A stretch of DNA of 64,000 nt from a virus (IMGVR_UViG_2595698393_000001:11995-75994); one strand, 5' to 3'; counted from the stretch's first letter, positions 29,178-40,282 are shown. A program made the numbers and translations. Notes: a model not told the origin generated them from the letters alone.

Positions 29178-30092
29178 ATGAAACAAACAATTAGCATAGT
29201 ATTATTTTTCATCCTTTCATTAGGATTAAACGCTCAAACGGTTGAGGGTACAGTGGGTAGTGATGGTAGTTTAATTCCTTATAACGTTTCAGGAGGATTA
29301 GACGAAACTGCTGTAGACGCTAAAATAGAAACAGCTAACGCATTAAATATATCTAGCTTAACATCAGATAGAACGATTGCAAAAACTGATTTTGGCGGCA
29401 TTATAAAGCATACCACAACAGGAACTAAAAGAATTAACATTCCAACGGAATCGGTGGGAGTTTTTGAAGATGATGGTGTCGTTTCTATTTTAGCTAATGG
29501 TGGCGGAAAAACTATTATAAATCATTCAAATGGAGTTACTATAGATAGACTACAATTAGAAGGAAAAGGTAAGATGGGAACTATAGCAAGAAACGGTTCT
29601 GATAATTGGTTGTATTGGGGATCTTTTGAACCTTATGTAAATGATAATCCAGAAGTATATGTGTTTTTAAATAGCCTAAGTAAAAGCAATAACACAGATT
29701 CGACAACTGGTTTAACTGAATACCAATCTACTATTTCTAGTGTTCTTGACGGAGGAATTTACGTTACTCAGGTGGAAAGTTTAAACGGTTCTAATATCGA
29801 TAGGCTTTTAGAAGGCATACCTACAACATATGGATTAGTATACGAGTATGAATTTGAAGCAAGAAGTATAGAGGGCGCTGCAATTAGTAAACATATTAGA
29901 TTTTCTACAGTTTTGGAAAATATAAACATAACGCTTTCTGACGCATGGACTAAATACACAGGAACTTTTACTGCTGATGGTACGCAAATGACTTTTAATG
30001 CTTATACAAATAGACTTTCTAGTGGTGCAGTTTCTGGAAGTATAGGCGATAAACTTCAAGTTAAGAATTTGTCAATTAAATTAGTAGAGTAA
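29178..30092 (+). CDS. Secreted adaptor-like fibre protein, copy 2
   Basis: Paralogue of 25879-26790; C-terminus WTKYTGTFTADGT is CBM-like. Confidence 0.65.
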   Translation: MKQTISIVLFFILSLGLNAQTVEGTVGSDGSLIPYNVSGGLDETAVDAKIETANALNISSLTSDRTIAKTDFGGIIKHTTTGTKRINIPTESVGVFEDDGVVSILANGGGKTIINHSNGVTIDRLQLEGKGKMGTIARNGSDNWLYWGSFEPYVNDNPEVYVFLNSLSKSNNTDSTTGLTEYQSTISSVLDGGIYVTQVESLNGSNIDRLLEGIPTTYGLVYEYEFEARSIEGAAISKHIRFSTVLENINITLSDAWTKYTGTFTADGTQMTFNAYTNRLSSGAVSGSIGDKLQVKNLSIKLVE

Positions 30093-31257
30093 TGAAAAGT
30101 GCATTTTTTTATTAATAATACTATCTAATACATTGCAATCACAAATAAAAACGGTTGATGACTGGCAGTTAGATTTCGATTCCGAAACTACTGAAGATGC
30201 ATATTATTTAAGCTTATCTAACTCAAATGATGATGATGATAACTACTATATAGACTTTTCGCAATACGTAAGCATGTATCAAGCGTCTGGCGACGAATCA
30301 TATTTAGATGTGGCGGTAGATTTATTTGAAAACAAAGTGTCTCAATCTTCATTAATGGTTGATGGGTATTATGGATGGTTAAGGGATGCAGATAATAGCG
30401 GTGGAGGAATAACAAACGGTGGAGGTGGAAATGACGGACAAGAAATACCATTATCACAAACTAGAGGATTTGGAAGAACGGCAGCACATATGTTATGGGT
30501 TTTAAGTACTGCTACTGAATATCTATCTAAAAACGATAATCAAGCGCAATTCGATACTAATTATTTATGGTTTAAAACAAATATATGTGAGAAGTGGAGA
30601 AGCCGCGATTTAGCAAACATATACAGAATAAGGACGCATATAATGTCTCATTGGGCGCAAATAGGTTTTTACATGGATAAGATAGAATCAAACGCAAACT
30701 ACAGAAAGTGGTACGATGATTTTAACACAGATATATCTGATGGAGTTTACGAGGGTAGTATGAGAGAACAATTAAGAATAGTTTCTTTAGTTGGTGGTGA
30801 TGGTTATGTATGGTCTGGAGAATGGGGTGTGACTACAAACGTGAACGATGTTTCACACGCTAACGCAGAGGTTGAGTTAATGGTTGCAGGTGCTGAAAGT
30901 TCTGATTACTGGAGCTTAACAGATATGTCAAGACTGATTAATACTTTCGATGAAAATGTTTACAGAAGTAGCACTCAGGGATGGGAGTATATGGATGGAA
31001 CATCTGTATCACTAAACGTGCAATTATGGGAGCAAGGATGGATTAAATTAGGTAGATTTGACTATAATTTACAATTGAAACTTAATGATATAGTGTTTAA
31101 TACTCATTCGCAAAAGTATAAAAAAAGGGGGTTATCAGAAATGGCATACAATAAAGCCTATTTAGACGGTGTTGTTTACCCTTTAGAATACACTAGTCCA
31201 GAGACCGAACCAAGCACATCAACAAAAAACCAAAAATTAATTTATTGGAGATATTAA
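30092..31257 (+). CDS. Secreted alpha-helical glycoside hydrolase/lyase-like protein with C-terminal KNQKLIYWRY
   Basis: ATG at 30092 plus one T in the T7 run gives the signal peptide MKSAFFLLIILSNTLQS|Q; MYQASGDESYLDVA is alpha/alpha-toroid-like. Confidence 0.55.
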
Positions 31258-31268
31258 ATATAGAAATT

Positions 31269-31775
31269 ATGAAAGTTTCAGGAATAATTGCATTTATCTT
31301 AGCTATAGTAATGACCATTATAAGCAAGGCTCCTAGTTTTTCACAACTAGCGTTAACATTATACACACCATTGTTGGACGGTTTTTTGTTTTGTATTGCA
31401 TTAGCTTTTTTAATACGCTCTAAGGATGCTTTAAATAGAAACGATGTGATACTATGGAAGTGCGAAACGAAGTACTTTGACATACTTAGCTGCGTGTTTT
31501 TTGGACTTATATTGATTACTCCGGTAACACATACAGAAGAGTTTATTCAAATAGCGCACATGATAGCTACCGGAATGGCAATATTGATAAGCTACACAGC
31601 TTTAGTTGCTCAACAAACTGATAGAATGATGAAATCAGGAAGTATTCTAGGTGTTGTTGTTGGAGGTGTTGGATTTTTGATTGGATTCTTAACTCCATAT
31701 TACAGCACGGGAGAAGGCGAATTAATAGCTTCATTGCCGTTGGCAGTTCATATATTTTTTACCAAAACAAAATAG
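31269..31775 (+). CDS. Multi-pass membrane protein
   Basis: About five hydrophobic segments; start placed at 31269 from alignment of the repeat. Confidence 0.65.
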   Translation: MKVSGIIAFILAIVMTIISKAPSFSQLALTLYTPLLDGFLFCIALAFLIRSKDALNRNDVILWKCETKYFDILSCVFFGLILITPVTHTEEFIQIAHMIATGMAILISYTALVAQQTDRMMKSGSILGVVVGGVGFLIGFLTPYYSTGEGELIASLPLAVHIFFTKTK

Positions 31776-31820
31776 TATACATAAAGCTATATTTTAAAAT
31801 ATAAAAACATACATATTACT

Positions 31821-32366
31821 ATGAACTTAGATTATTACAAAAATATAGTGAGAAATCACCCAGAGGAATTTGAGCTATTTAAGAATAAGTTCTTTCCTAT
31901 TGTGATGAAGTGGGAAGGTGGAGGCGAACTACACAACGTTAAAGGTGATTCAGGCGGTTGGACTATTTGGGGAATAGCATACAACTACAACAAAGCTCTA
32001 TTCGATGATTTTAATGACTTTAAAGACACAACAAGAGAAGAAGCATCTTATATTGCATTTGTAAAGTATTACTTGGCGGCCAACGCAGAATTGGTACCAA
32101 TGGATGCGAAGCTATACTATTTTGATATGTGCTATAACATGGGCGTATCAAGAGGTATTAAGATACTTCAAAAATGCATAGGTGTTAATGCCGATGGTAG
32201 AATTGGAAATATTACTAAGTCAAAAATACACAATGTAACAGAGTGCTGTTTGATGATTGAAAGAAATAAGTTCTATAATAGGCTAGTTGAAAACAACTAT
32301 AAAATGGGGAAATTCATTAAAGGTTGGTTAAATAGAAGTAAGGGAATATTTGATTTTAAATACTAA
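31821..32366 (+). CDS. Endolysin, glycoside hydrolase family 108 with peptidoglycan-binding domain
   Basis: WEGG....DSGGWTIWGI; FDMCYNMG; ADGRIGNIT; FIKGWLNR. Confidence 0.92.
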   Translation: MNLDYYKNIVRNHPEEFELFKNKFFPIVMKWEGGGELHNVKGDSGGWTIWGIAYNYNKALFDDFNDFKDTTREEASYIAFVKYYLAANAELVPMDAKLYYFDMCYNMGVSRGIKILQKCIGVNADGRIGNITKSKIHNVTECCLMIERNKFYNRLVENNYKMGKFIKGWLNRSKGIFDFKY

Positions 32367-32531
32367 TGTTATGACAGACGATGAATGGTATGGTGAAGTA
32401 TTCAAAACAGGAACAATGCAAGATGTGATGGACCTAAAAAGCATCCTAATAAAAGAAGGAGACTTTTTATTGGCAGCAGCTTGTGATGGAAGATTAAAAG
32501 AATTACGAATTAAAAATTCAGACTGTTAGTT

Positions 32532-33084
32532 ATGACAAAAACGATAGCAATAATAGCAATTACAATACTAATTACATCCTTAATTTGGTGGTTTGGAATA
32601 AATCCAGTATCAGATAAATCGTACATTAATGTAATAAAAGAGAAAGATAGTATAATTTTGGTGCAAAAAAATATTATCTTAGACGCGTATAAGGATATTA
32701 ACGACTCAATACAATATGGAAAAGACATCCAACACATCAAAAAACTTCATGATCGTTATCCTGATGATGCTATTCTCGATAGCTTGCTTCGCGCAGGACA
32801 AGAATTACGTTAGTGTTCATAGAGATAGTTTGTATAACGCTTTACTTAATATTTCTGAACTAAAAGTTGAGAATGCATTTTTAAGGAAAAAGAACGATAA
32901 TCAAAAAGTAATCATAACTGCTCAAGAAATAATCATTTCCGAAACAGAATTTAAAACTGAAATACTGACTAAGCAAATAAGCATAGAACAAAGTACCGGC
33001 ACTAAAAAATGGTGGAATGGTTTTGGTAAAGGAGTTGCTACTGGAGGTGTAATAGTTTTAGGATTATTCTTAGGGTTAAAATAA
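32532..33084 (+). CDS. Overlapping spanin-like pair (32532-32813, 32716-33084)
   Basis: TM plus coiled-coil ORF overlapping a signal-peptide ORF with a C-terminal TM, right after the endolysin. Confidence 0.5.
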
Positions 33085-33089
33085 GTTTT

Positions 33090-33692
33090 ATGAAGGGATT
33101 AAATCATTTTATAGTACACATACCGGAAAAGTGGAGTCAAACATATAAGACCGAAAGCGGACTTGAATTGCATGCAGACAGAAGGTTTTCTTTAAGACAA
33201 GTAGGTAATACCATTGTAAAGGTAATTGAAACGCCATACAACTACGATGGTCCCGTTAAGATTGGAGACACACTATTTATCGATGTAAATGCATTGTCTC
33301 AACAATCGTATGTTATTGGAGGTGAGTTAGAAAACCAACATCTAATTGATAGGGAGAAAAAATTATACAAAATTGATTCTTCTTTGATATTCGCATATAA
33401 AGAAACTGATGATTCTGAATGGATAGGTTTTGAAGAGAGTATTTTATGTAAAAGCATAAAGGAGGTTAAGGTAGAAAAAAAACCTAGCCTTATCTATATT
33501 CCAGAAGACAACAAGGAGAAAACTATTGAAGGTAAGTACATTGTAGATGTTCTAAATCCTATAGCGGAATCAATGGGAATAAAAAAAGGAGATACTATTT
33601 ATGTTGAGAAACATTTATTTTTAGATGTTAGGTTAGAAGATAAAGAGTATGTAAGAATTAGAGTTAGAGATATTTTGGGATTAGCAATTTAA
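33090..33692 (+). CDS. Tandem GroES-like domain protein
   Basis: TESGLELH...VKIGDTLFID and SLIYIP...GIKKGDTIYV...YVRIRVRDILGL. Confidence 0.6.
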   Translation: MKGLNHFIVHIPEKWSQTYKTESGLELHADRRFSLRQVGNTIVKVIETPYNYDGPVKIGDTLFIDVNALSQQSYVIGGELENQHLIDREKKLYKIDSSLIFAYKETDDSEWIGFEESILCKSIKEVKVEKKPSLIYIPEDNKEKTIEGKYIVDVLNPIAESMGIKKGDTIYVEKHLFLDVRLEDKEYVRIRVRDILGLAI

Positions 33693-33702
33693 AACACAGA
33701 AA

Positions 33703-34002
33703 ATGAGTACGGAAAAGGAGTTATCAAAATACTACAAAGAAAACATTCCTGATTTAATATTAGATTTGAAGGTAGCGGTTAGAAACAATAGAAGTGTTAT
33801 TACACAATCTGTAGATAGTGATTTAAGTGAGGATAAATATGTAAATGTGCTTAAGGCAAGAAGAATGGCGGCTGATGATACTATACACTTTTTAAAAGAA
33901 ATAGATCGTCTTGAAAACGAATTAAATGAAGTAGAAGAAGTGGGTGTTTCTACTAAAAAGAAAATTACAAACCCTGCTAAAAAATACGCAAGTAAAGAAT
34001 GA
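33703..34002 (+). CDS. Terminase small subunit (candidate)
   Basis: 99 aa helical protein immediately upstream of and overlapping TerL. Confidence 0.55.
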   Translation: MSTEKELSKYYKENIPDLILDLKVAVRNNRSVITQSVDSDLSEDKYVNVLKARRMAADDTIHFLKEIDRLENELNEVEEVGVSTKKKITNPAKKYASKE

Positions 34003-36326
34003 TATTTTATCTAGGAGAAAAAGTTAAGGGTGTTGTCGATAATAAGACAAGATTAACCAAGAACAAATTACGTTCTTGGGAGTACGGCTATAATCCTGAT
34101 TTAGACATTGTTATAATTTCAAGAGACGGAACATTAGGAGAAGTATTCAATATCCAAGGACTAAAAATTGGACTACCTCAACAGCCTGATTCTGAAGAAA
34201 TAATCAACCACGGCAAAAATACATTCAGCCAAAAATGGAAACGAATAGATTTACCAACGGCATTAACCGACAAATCTATAGATAAAAAAGTTTCTGAAAT
34301 ATATTCTAGCGGTATTCCTAAAGATAAGGCTGAGGAAGAGGTTAACGAGTACATGATAAATCTATTCGACGAACACGAAGATTTTATTGCTACTGAGTAC
34401 AAAAAAAGACACGAAGGCATTTGGATATACGTAAACGGGAATCCTGTTTATGTTCCAGGAACCTATTACTTCGGAGTTCAATGGGTTAAGGAAACAACTG
34501 ATTTTCCTAACTTTAGAATAATACAAAACGAGTTAATGATATTTTGGGAGGCTTGTAAGGCCGATTCAAGATGTTATGGAATGCAGTACGTTAAGAATAG
34601 ACGTATGGGAGCAACGCTACTTGGGATATTTGAGTTCTTAGAATCAGGAACTATTACCGAAGACAAGATTTTAGGTATGATTTCTAAAAAAGGGGATGAT
34701 GCAAAGAAGATATTTAGAAGACTTGTAACCGCTTTTAAGAGATTGCCGGCATTCTTTAAGCCAGTTACCGACGGCACCAACACTCCAAAGAAAGAACTAG
34801 TATTTGAGGAACCAACAAAAAGAAGAGGTCGTGGAGACGTAAGCACTAATGAAGGGTTAAGCACTTATATTTCTTGGCACAATACCGATATGAACTCGAT
34901 GGATGGGGATGCGATATTCAGATCCATACTAGACGAAAGCGGTAAGTACCCACCAGATGTAAAATTTAGCGAATATTGGTCAATTGTAAAAACTTCTCAC
35001 CGTAAAGGAGTTAAGATTACTGGAAAATCCATGGTAGTTTCTACTGTAAACTCACTAAAAAAAGGTGGTGGAGAATACAAAAAAGTATGGGACACTAGCG
35101 ATTTACTTGATAGAAACCCTAACGGACAAACAAAATCTGGACTATACAGAATATTTATACCCGCAAAATTCTGTTTAGAAGGAATGTTTGACGAGTATGG
35201 ATTTAGTATTATTAAAGATCCAGAGAAGCCAATTAAAACAGACGAAGGAACCATTGTATCTATTGGTTCAGAATCTTGGTTAAGAAACGAAGAAGAAGCA
35301 TTAAAAGGTGATCCTGAAAAGTATAACGAACAAAGAAGACAGTTTCCAGACACTATAAAAGATGCGTTCAGGGATGCAAGTAACGATTGTGAATTTAATC
35401 TACCTAAGATTTTAGAACAAATGGAATACTGTGAATTTGAGTTAAATGACAGATGGACTATTGAAAGAGATTTTTTAGGCAACGATGACTTAGAGCGCGG
35501 AAACTTTACTTGGAAAGACGGTATTAAAGACACAGAAGTTGTATGGCGTCCAGACAAAGAGAATGGAAGATTCTTTATAAAAAAAGGATGTCACCCACCA
35601 ATAGAGTACAGAAACAAACATGAAGAAAAGTATAAAAACGGATCCCTTGGCAAAGCTCCTTTAGCAGAACATATAGGTGGTTTCGGAGTCGATCCATATA
35701 ACAGAAGTATTAATGCAGATGGTAGAGGTTCTAAGGGTAGTATTATTGGCACCACTAAAACAAATACAGCAGATAACTTCCCTAACGACTTAATGTTTTT
35801 AGAATACATAGACAGACCAAAGAAAGTTAAGCTATTCTTTGAGGACGTAATTATGTGCTCCGTTTATTTCTCAATGCCATTTTTAGCAGAGCAATCTAAC
35901 GACCAATTTTTGGCATACGTAAAAGACCGAGGGTATAGACATTATAGCGCGAACAATCCATTTAAAGTTTATAATGATTTAACTCCGCAAGAAAAAGAAT
36001 TTGGTGGAGCTCCGCAACAAGATTCTAAAATTGGAGAAGGACAGTTTTATGCAACGGAAGCATTTGTAGAAGACCAACTAGGAGTTGCTAGGGACGCAAG
36101 CAATAGAGCTGTAGGGAAGATAGGGGATATGCCATTCACTAGGACACTTATTCAAATAAAAGACGTAGAAACATCAAACAGAACGAAATACGATGCATAT
36201 ATCGCATTCTCACTTTCAAGGTTGCTTAACCAAAAAAGAGTAAAAAAAGAAACAACAAAACCTCAACCAGTATTTATTCCATTCCAGAAATATGACAATT
36301 CAGGTGGAATGTCAAAAAGATTATAA
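33999..36326 (+). CDS. terL: Terminase large subunit
   Basis: YVKNRRMGAT (Walker A-like), ILDESGKY (Walker B), VVST coupling motif, FGVDPY nuclease motif. Confidence 0.92.
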   Translation: MIFYLGEKVKGVVDNKTRLTKNKLRSWEYGYNPDLDIVIISRDGTLGEVFNIQGLKIGLPQQPDSEEIINHGKNTFSQKWKRIDLPTALTDKSIDKKVSEIYSSGIPKDKAEEEVNEYMINLFDEHEDFIATEYKKRHEGIWIYVNGNPVYVPGTYYFGVQWVKETTDFPNFRIIQNELMIFWEACKADSRCYGMQYVKNRRMGATLLGIFEFLESGTITEDKILGMISKKGDDAKKIFRRLVTAFKRLPAFFKPVTDGTNTPKKELVFEEPTKRRGRGDVSTNEGLSTYISWHNTDMNSMDGDAIFRSILDESGKYPPDVKFSEYWSIVKTSHRKGVKITGKSMVVSTVNSLKKGGGEYKKVWDTSDLLDRNPNGQTKSGLYRIFIPAKFCLEGMFDEYGFSIIKDPEKPIKTDEGTIVSIGSESWLRNEEEALKGDPEKYNEQRRQFPDTIKDAFRDASNDCEFNLPKILEQMEYCEFELNDRWTIERDFLGNDDLERGNFTWKDGIKDTEVVWRPDKENGRFFIKKGCHPPIEYRNKHEEKYKNGSLGKAPLAEHIGGFGVDPYNRSINADGRGSKGSIIGTTKTNTADNFPNDLMFLEYIDRPKKVKLFFEDVIMCSVYFSMPFLAEQSNDQFLAYVKDRGYRHYSANNPFKVYNDLTPQEKEFGGAPQQDSKIGEGQFYATEAFVEDQLGVARDASNRAVGKIGDMPFTRTLIQIKDVETSNRTKYDAYIAFSLSRLLNQKRVKKETTKPQPVFIPFQKYDNSGGMSKRL

Positions 36327-36329
36327 GCC

Positions 36330-38768
36330 ATGAACACAACAGAAAGAAAATTTACCCTTGCTTCTGGAATTACTCCGGACCCGTTAGCCTCTTATGCCGA
36401 AAAACTAGATCCTCAATACGGATTAAAATACGCCATGACTATTCAACAAGAATGGTTTAATGGAGGTATGATTACTAAAGACTGCGATTTTATGTCTAGG
36501 CACAATTGGGTTAGAGAAATGCGTCTTTACAATAGAGGTGAACAAGGAATACAACCATACAAGGATATTGCTGCGAGACAGAATGAAGACCTGGAATGGA
36601 TGAACATGGATTGGACTATCATAAATGTTCTGAACAAGTTCAACAATGTTGTTCGCAATGGTATTTCTGATGAAAACTACAACCTAGACATTCGTTCTGC
36701 AGATAGATTTTCTTTATTACAAAGAGAAAAGAACATTTTACGCCACAAAAAAAACATGGCTAACAAGGAAATGTTTGAAAAAGCGAAAGCAATGGGACTT
36801 CCTGACCTTATGCCACAAGGATTTATACCAGAAGACGAGGAAGAAATGACTCTTTATTCTGAAATAAAAGAACGTCCAAAGCAAGAAATAGCAGAAGAAA
36901 TACTAATTAAGTTCGTTAAAAATGTAAGCGGATGGAACCATATCAAAAAAGAAACTGATAAGGATGCTGTATTGGTTGATTTACAAGTAGCAAGAGTTTA
37001 CACTGACCCTAACAACGGTGTTATGGCAACTTATGTTGATCCAGAAAACTTCGTACATAGCTATACTGAAAAGAATGATTTTTCTGATACATACTATTTC
37101 GGTGTTGTAGATACTATAACTATCAACGATATACGAAGAGAAAGCGGATATTCTGATACGGTATGTAGAGAAATTGCTAAAACTTACTCTGGTGATAATT
37201 CTCAAAGTGGAATAGCAAATTTTGATGAATGTGATATGGATCAATTACTTGATTTTAAAATTCAAGTTCTACGATTCACTTTCAAATCTGATAAAAAACA
37301 AATATACAAAGCATACTACGATAGAAAAGGAAAACTTAAAAAAGTATCTAAAAGAGACGAGAACTATGAAGTTCCTGAAGGATCTGAAAAAAGTAAACTA
37401 GAACAAGGATTAGATACTTGGTACGAAGGAAACTATATAGTTGGAAGTGATAAGTATGTTTACGGATATAAAGAGTCTGAGAACACTACATTCGATGATA
37501 TGGATCGCGTATTACCTCCATTCATAGCACAAGCTTCTGAATTATATAAGAACAAATTAAGGTCATTCCAGAGTAATGTTATTCCTATAGCTAATCAAAT
37601 GCAGTATGTGCACTTGAAAATGCAACATTTAATGTCTGAGTTAAAGCCTGACTTGATTGAATTAGATATTGACCAACTAGCACAGTTAACTACTGACATG
37701 AAAGATGGAGATTCTAAGCAAGAGAATTGGAAAATGGCTTTATCCATATTAAATGCTAAGGGTGTTGTTCTTAAGAAAAGAATACAGATGGGTGACGAAG
37801 GCATCAAAGACGGTGCTAGTGCAAGACCAATGGGTAACCAACAAGGTTCTGCATTAACTATCCTATTAAATCTTTGGGCACACTACTACAATTTAATCAG
37901 AGAGACAACAGGAATTAACCCTGCTATGGACGGTTCTTTATCTGAGGATGCTCTTGTAGGTGTAAACCAATTAATGAAGTTAGCAGGTAACTCCGCAACA
38001 AAACATATAGCAGATGCAGCCGTTTCATTCGATAAAAGAGTATCAGAAACTATAAGTTCTAGGCTTAAATCTATCTTCACTTTAAAGAAAGAAGCATCCC
38101 ATTTAATTAAGATGTATGAGCAAGCTGTAGGTAAGCATAATGTGGATGCATTAGAAACTTTGAAAAATAGAAGCAATTTTGAGTTCGGATTTACCGTAGA
38201 ATTAGTACCTTCGAAAGAAGAACTAGCAGAACTTAGAGAAGATTTAGGAATTGCACTAAACGAAGGGACTATAGATGTGTCTGAAAAATCTGATATTATG
38301 CGCATTGCCAGAGGTAATATGAAGCAAGCTGTAGAGTATATGAGGTTTGTAAGGACTCGTAAGATTAAAGAGCGAATGAAAGAAAATGCATACAATCAAA
38401 AATTGCAATCTCAATCTAATGCGGAAGCAGCACAGGTTAAAATGCAGGGAGATTTACAATTATTGCAAATGAAAGCTCAAATAGAACTTCAAAAAGAAGG
38501 AAACTTATCAACATTAAGGGTAAAAGAGCATTTCCAAAAACTACAAGTTGAAGCACCTATAAGACAAGAATCTTTCCAACAAGACGTTTATATAGAGCAA
38601 ATCAAAAATTTACAAACAATAAACTTAACAAAATACAAAGAAGACGCTAAATCGGATAGAGAAATCGAGAATAGTACTCGACAAAGTAAAATGATAGACC
38701 AAAGATTAAAAGATAAAGGTCCTATCGATTTTTCTAAAAAATTCAGCCTAGAAAGTTTAATCGGTTAA
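36330..38768 (+). CDS. Portal protein
   Basis: 812 aa directly after TerL; MDWTIINVLNKF; RETTGINPAMDG; coiled-coil tail. Confidence 0.85.
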   Translation: MNTTERKFTLASGITPDPLASYAEKLDPQYGLKYAMTIQQEWFNGGMITKDCDFMSRHNWVREMRLYNRGEQGIQPYKDIAARQNEDLEWMNMDWTIINVLNKFNNVVRNGISDENYNLDIRSADRFSLLQREKNILRHKKNMANKEMFEKAKAMGLPDLMPQGFIPEDEEEMTLYSEIKERPKQEIAEEILIKFVKNVSGWNHIKKETDKDAVLVDLQVARVYTDPNNGVMATYVDPENFVHSYTEKNDFSDTYYFGVVDTITINDIRRESGYSDTVCREIAKTYSGDNSQSGIANFDECDMDQLLDFKIQVLRFTFKSDKKQIYKAYYDRKGKLKKVSKRDENYEVPEGSEKSKLEQGLDTWYEGNYIVGSDKYVYGYKESENTTFDDMDRVLPPFIAQASELYKNKLRSFQSNVIPIANQMQYVHLKMQHLMSELKPDLIELDIDQLAQLTTDMKDGDSKQENWKMALSILNAKGVVLKKRIQMGDEGIKDGASARPMGNQQGSALTILLNLWAHYYNLIRETTGINPAMDGSLSEDALVGVNQLMKLAGNSATKHIADAAVSFDKRVSETISSRLKSIFTLKKEASHLIKMYEQAVGKHNVDALETLKNRSNFEFGFTVELVPSKEELAELREDLGIALNEGTIDVSEKSDIMRIARGNMKQAVEYMRFVRTRKIKERMKENAYNQKLQSQSNAEAAQVKMQGDLQLLQMKAQIELQKEGNLSTLRVKEHFQKLQVEAPIRQESFQQDVYIEQIKNLQTINLTKYKEDAKSDREIENSTRQSKMIDQRLKDKGPIDFSKKFSLESLIG

Positions 38769-38790
38769 AACAAAAACTAAACATTACATT

Positions 38791-40272
38791 ATGAAAATTC
38801 GGAAAAAGCTGTACAAGGAAGAGGCGGAACTATTGGGGTTTCCGCCAAAACCAAACATGAAAAACAGAAATCAAGCAGAGTATTACATCGAAAAAGATGA
38901 TTGGGAACAAATTAAAAAAAGTAGACGAAATCCAACAAAAAGAGAAGCGTTAGAAAGAGAACCAAAGAAAAAAGGCATTGAAATAATAAATGACAATGCA
39001 ACTGTAAACCACACAACAGGAACAGTTATTTCTGATCTAGGTGAGTTCGGAGTGTATTCATGTAGTAAAAACATGCACGGTGCTATCATGCGCGCATATT
39101 CAGACTCCTACGAAGGTAAAGGAGATACGCAAGCAATGATAGCAATGCGATACAACTTTACACATGCCAAAGCAGTAGCTAAGTATATGCGTATTCACGG
39201 AATGACTAAATCAATGATAGGTCAAACCGATATTGAATTTGCTGATGGATTAACGGTAGAACAAGCCGTAGAAGAGAATATCCAATCAATGAAGCGTCAA
39301 GTCACTAAAGACACTGAAAAAAGAAAATGGATAGAAATACAAAAAGGATATGACAATTGGAATGAGTTCAGGTACGGTACATTAAAACCTTTCCAAAACT
39401 ACATAGAAGAGTTTATCCCTAAATACAAAATAAAGAAAGTAAATTTAAAAGGATATAAGCACGAAAATATCGCTAGTGTTGTAGGTTCTAGTGATGAACA
39501 TTTTATGAAACTTTGTTATAATGCTTATGGTGAAGTTATCTATGACAGAGAAATAGCACTTCAAGAAGTCGTTAATCACACGAGTAGACTGATACAGAAA
39601 CAACTTAAGCAGGGTATTCCAGATGTTTTTTATGTAACTATTGGAGGTGATGATTTACATATAGATAACACAGAACAAACTACAACCAAGGGGACTAAGC
39701 AAGCTAATTCTACAGATGGTTCTTATAGAATGCATTTAGGCCAATACTTAGATATGACCTTGGCAAAGATTGATACTTATGCGCAAATCGCACCAGTTAA
39801 GGTTATTAGCACTCCTGGGAACCACAACGAACATACAGCGTATTTATTAGCAGAGTTCATAGAAAGATACTACCAATTGAGCAACAAACATACATCAACA
39901 AATCAAGTGGAGGTTATAGTTAGGTATAGCGAACGTGTTTATATTCAGTACGGAAAAAACTGCTTCATATTTAATCACATGTCTAAAATGTCTTTAAATA
40001 GAACTAAGAAGGAAATCCATAAACTTATTATGTCTGAGGCTAGGCAACAAGGTATTAATATACAAAAAACAGATAGCTTTACAATGTTTAGCCAACATTT
40101 ACACCATGAATTGCAAGAAGATTTAGGCGGAATTGCTGAGTTAATAATATTTAAAAGTATATCACAGCCTGACGATTGGCATTCTGATAGTGGTTATGTA
40201 GGGTCAAAATTAGGAATGTCTATTTACGGTTACAATAAGTTTACCGGTAAAGATTACGTTTTTCATTCTTAA
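38791..40272 (+). CDS. Calcineurin-like metallophosphoesterase
   Basis: SSDEHF, GGDDLH, PGNHN, FNH and QHLHH motifs. Confidence 0.8.
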   Translation: MKIRKKLYKEEAELLGFPPKPNMKNRNQAEYYIEKDDWEQIKKSRRNPTKREALEREPKKKGIEIINDNATVNHTTGTVISDLGEFGVYSCSKNMHGAIMRAYSDSYEGKGDTQAMIAMRYNFTHAKAVAKYMRIHGMTKSMIGQTDIEFADGLTVEQAVEENIQSMKRQVTKDTEKRKWIEIQKGYDNWNEFRYGTLKPFQNYIEEFIPKYKIKKVNLKGYKHENIASVVGSSDEHFMKLCYNAYGEVIYDREIALQEVVNHTSRLIQKQLKQGIPDVFYVTIGGDDLHIDNTEQTTTKGTKQANSTDGSYRMHLGQYLDMTLAKIDTYAQIAPVKVISTPGNHNEHTAYLLAEFIERYYQLSNKHTSTNQVEVIVRYSERVYIQYGKNCFIFNHMSKMSLNRTKKEIHKLIMSEARQQGINIQKTDSFTMFSQHLHHELQEDLGGIAELIIFKSISQPDDWHSDSGYVGSKLGMSIYGYNKFTGKDYVFHS

Positions 40273-40282
40273 TACAAACTAA

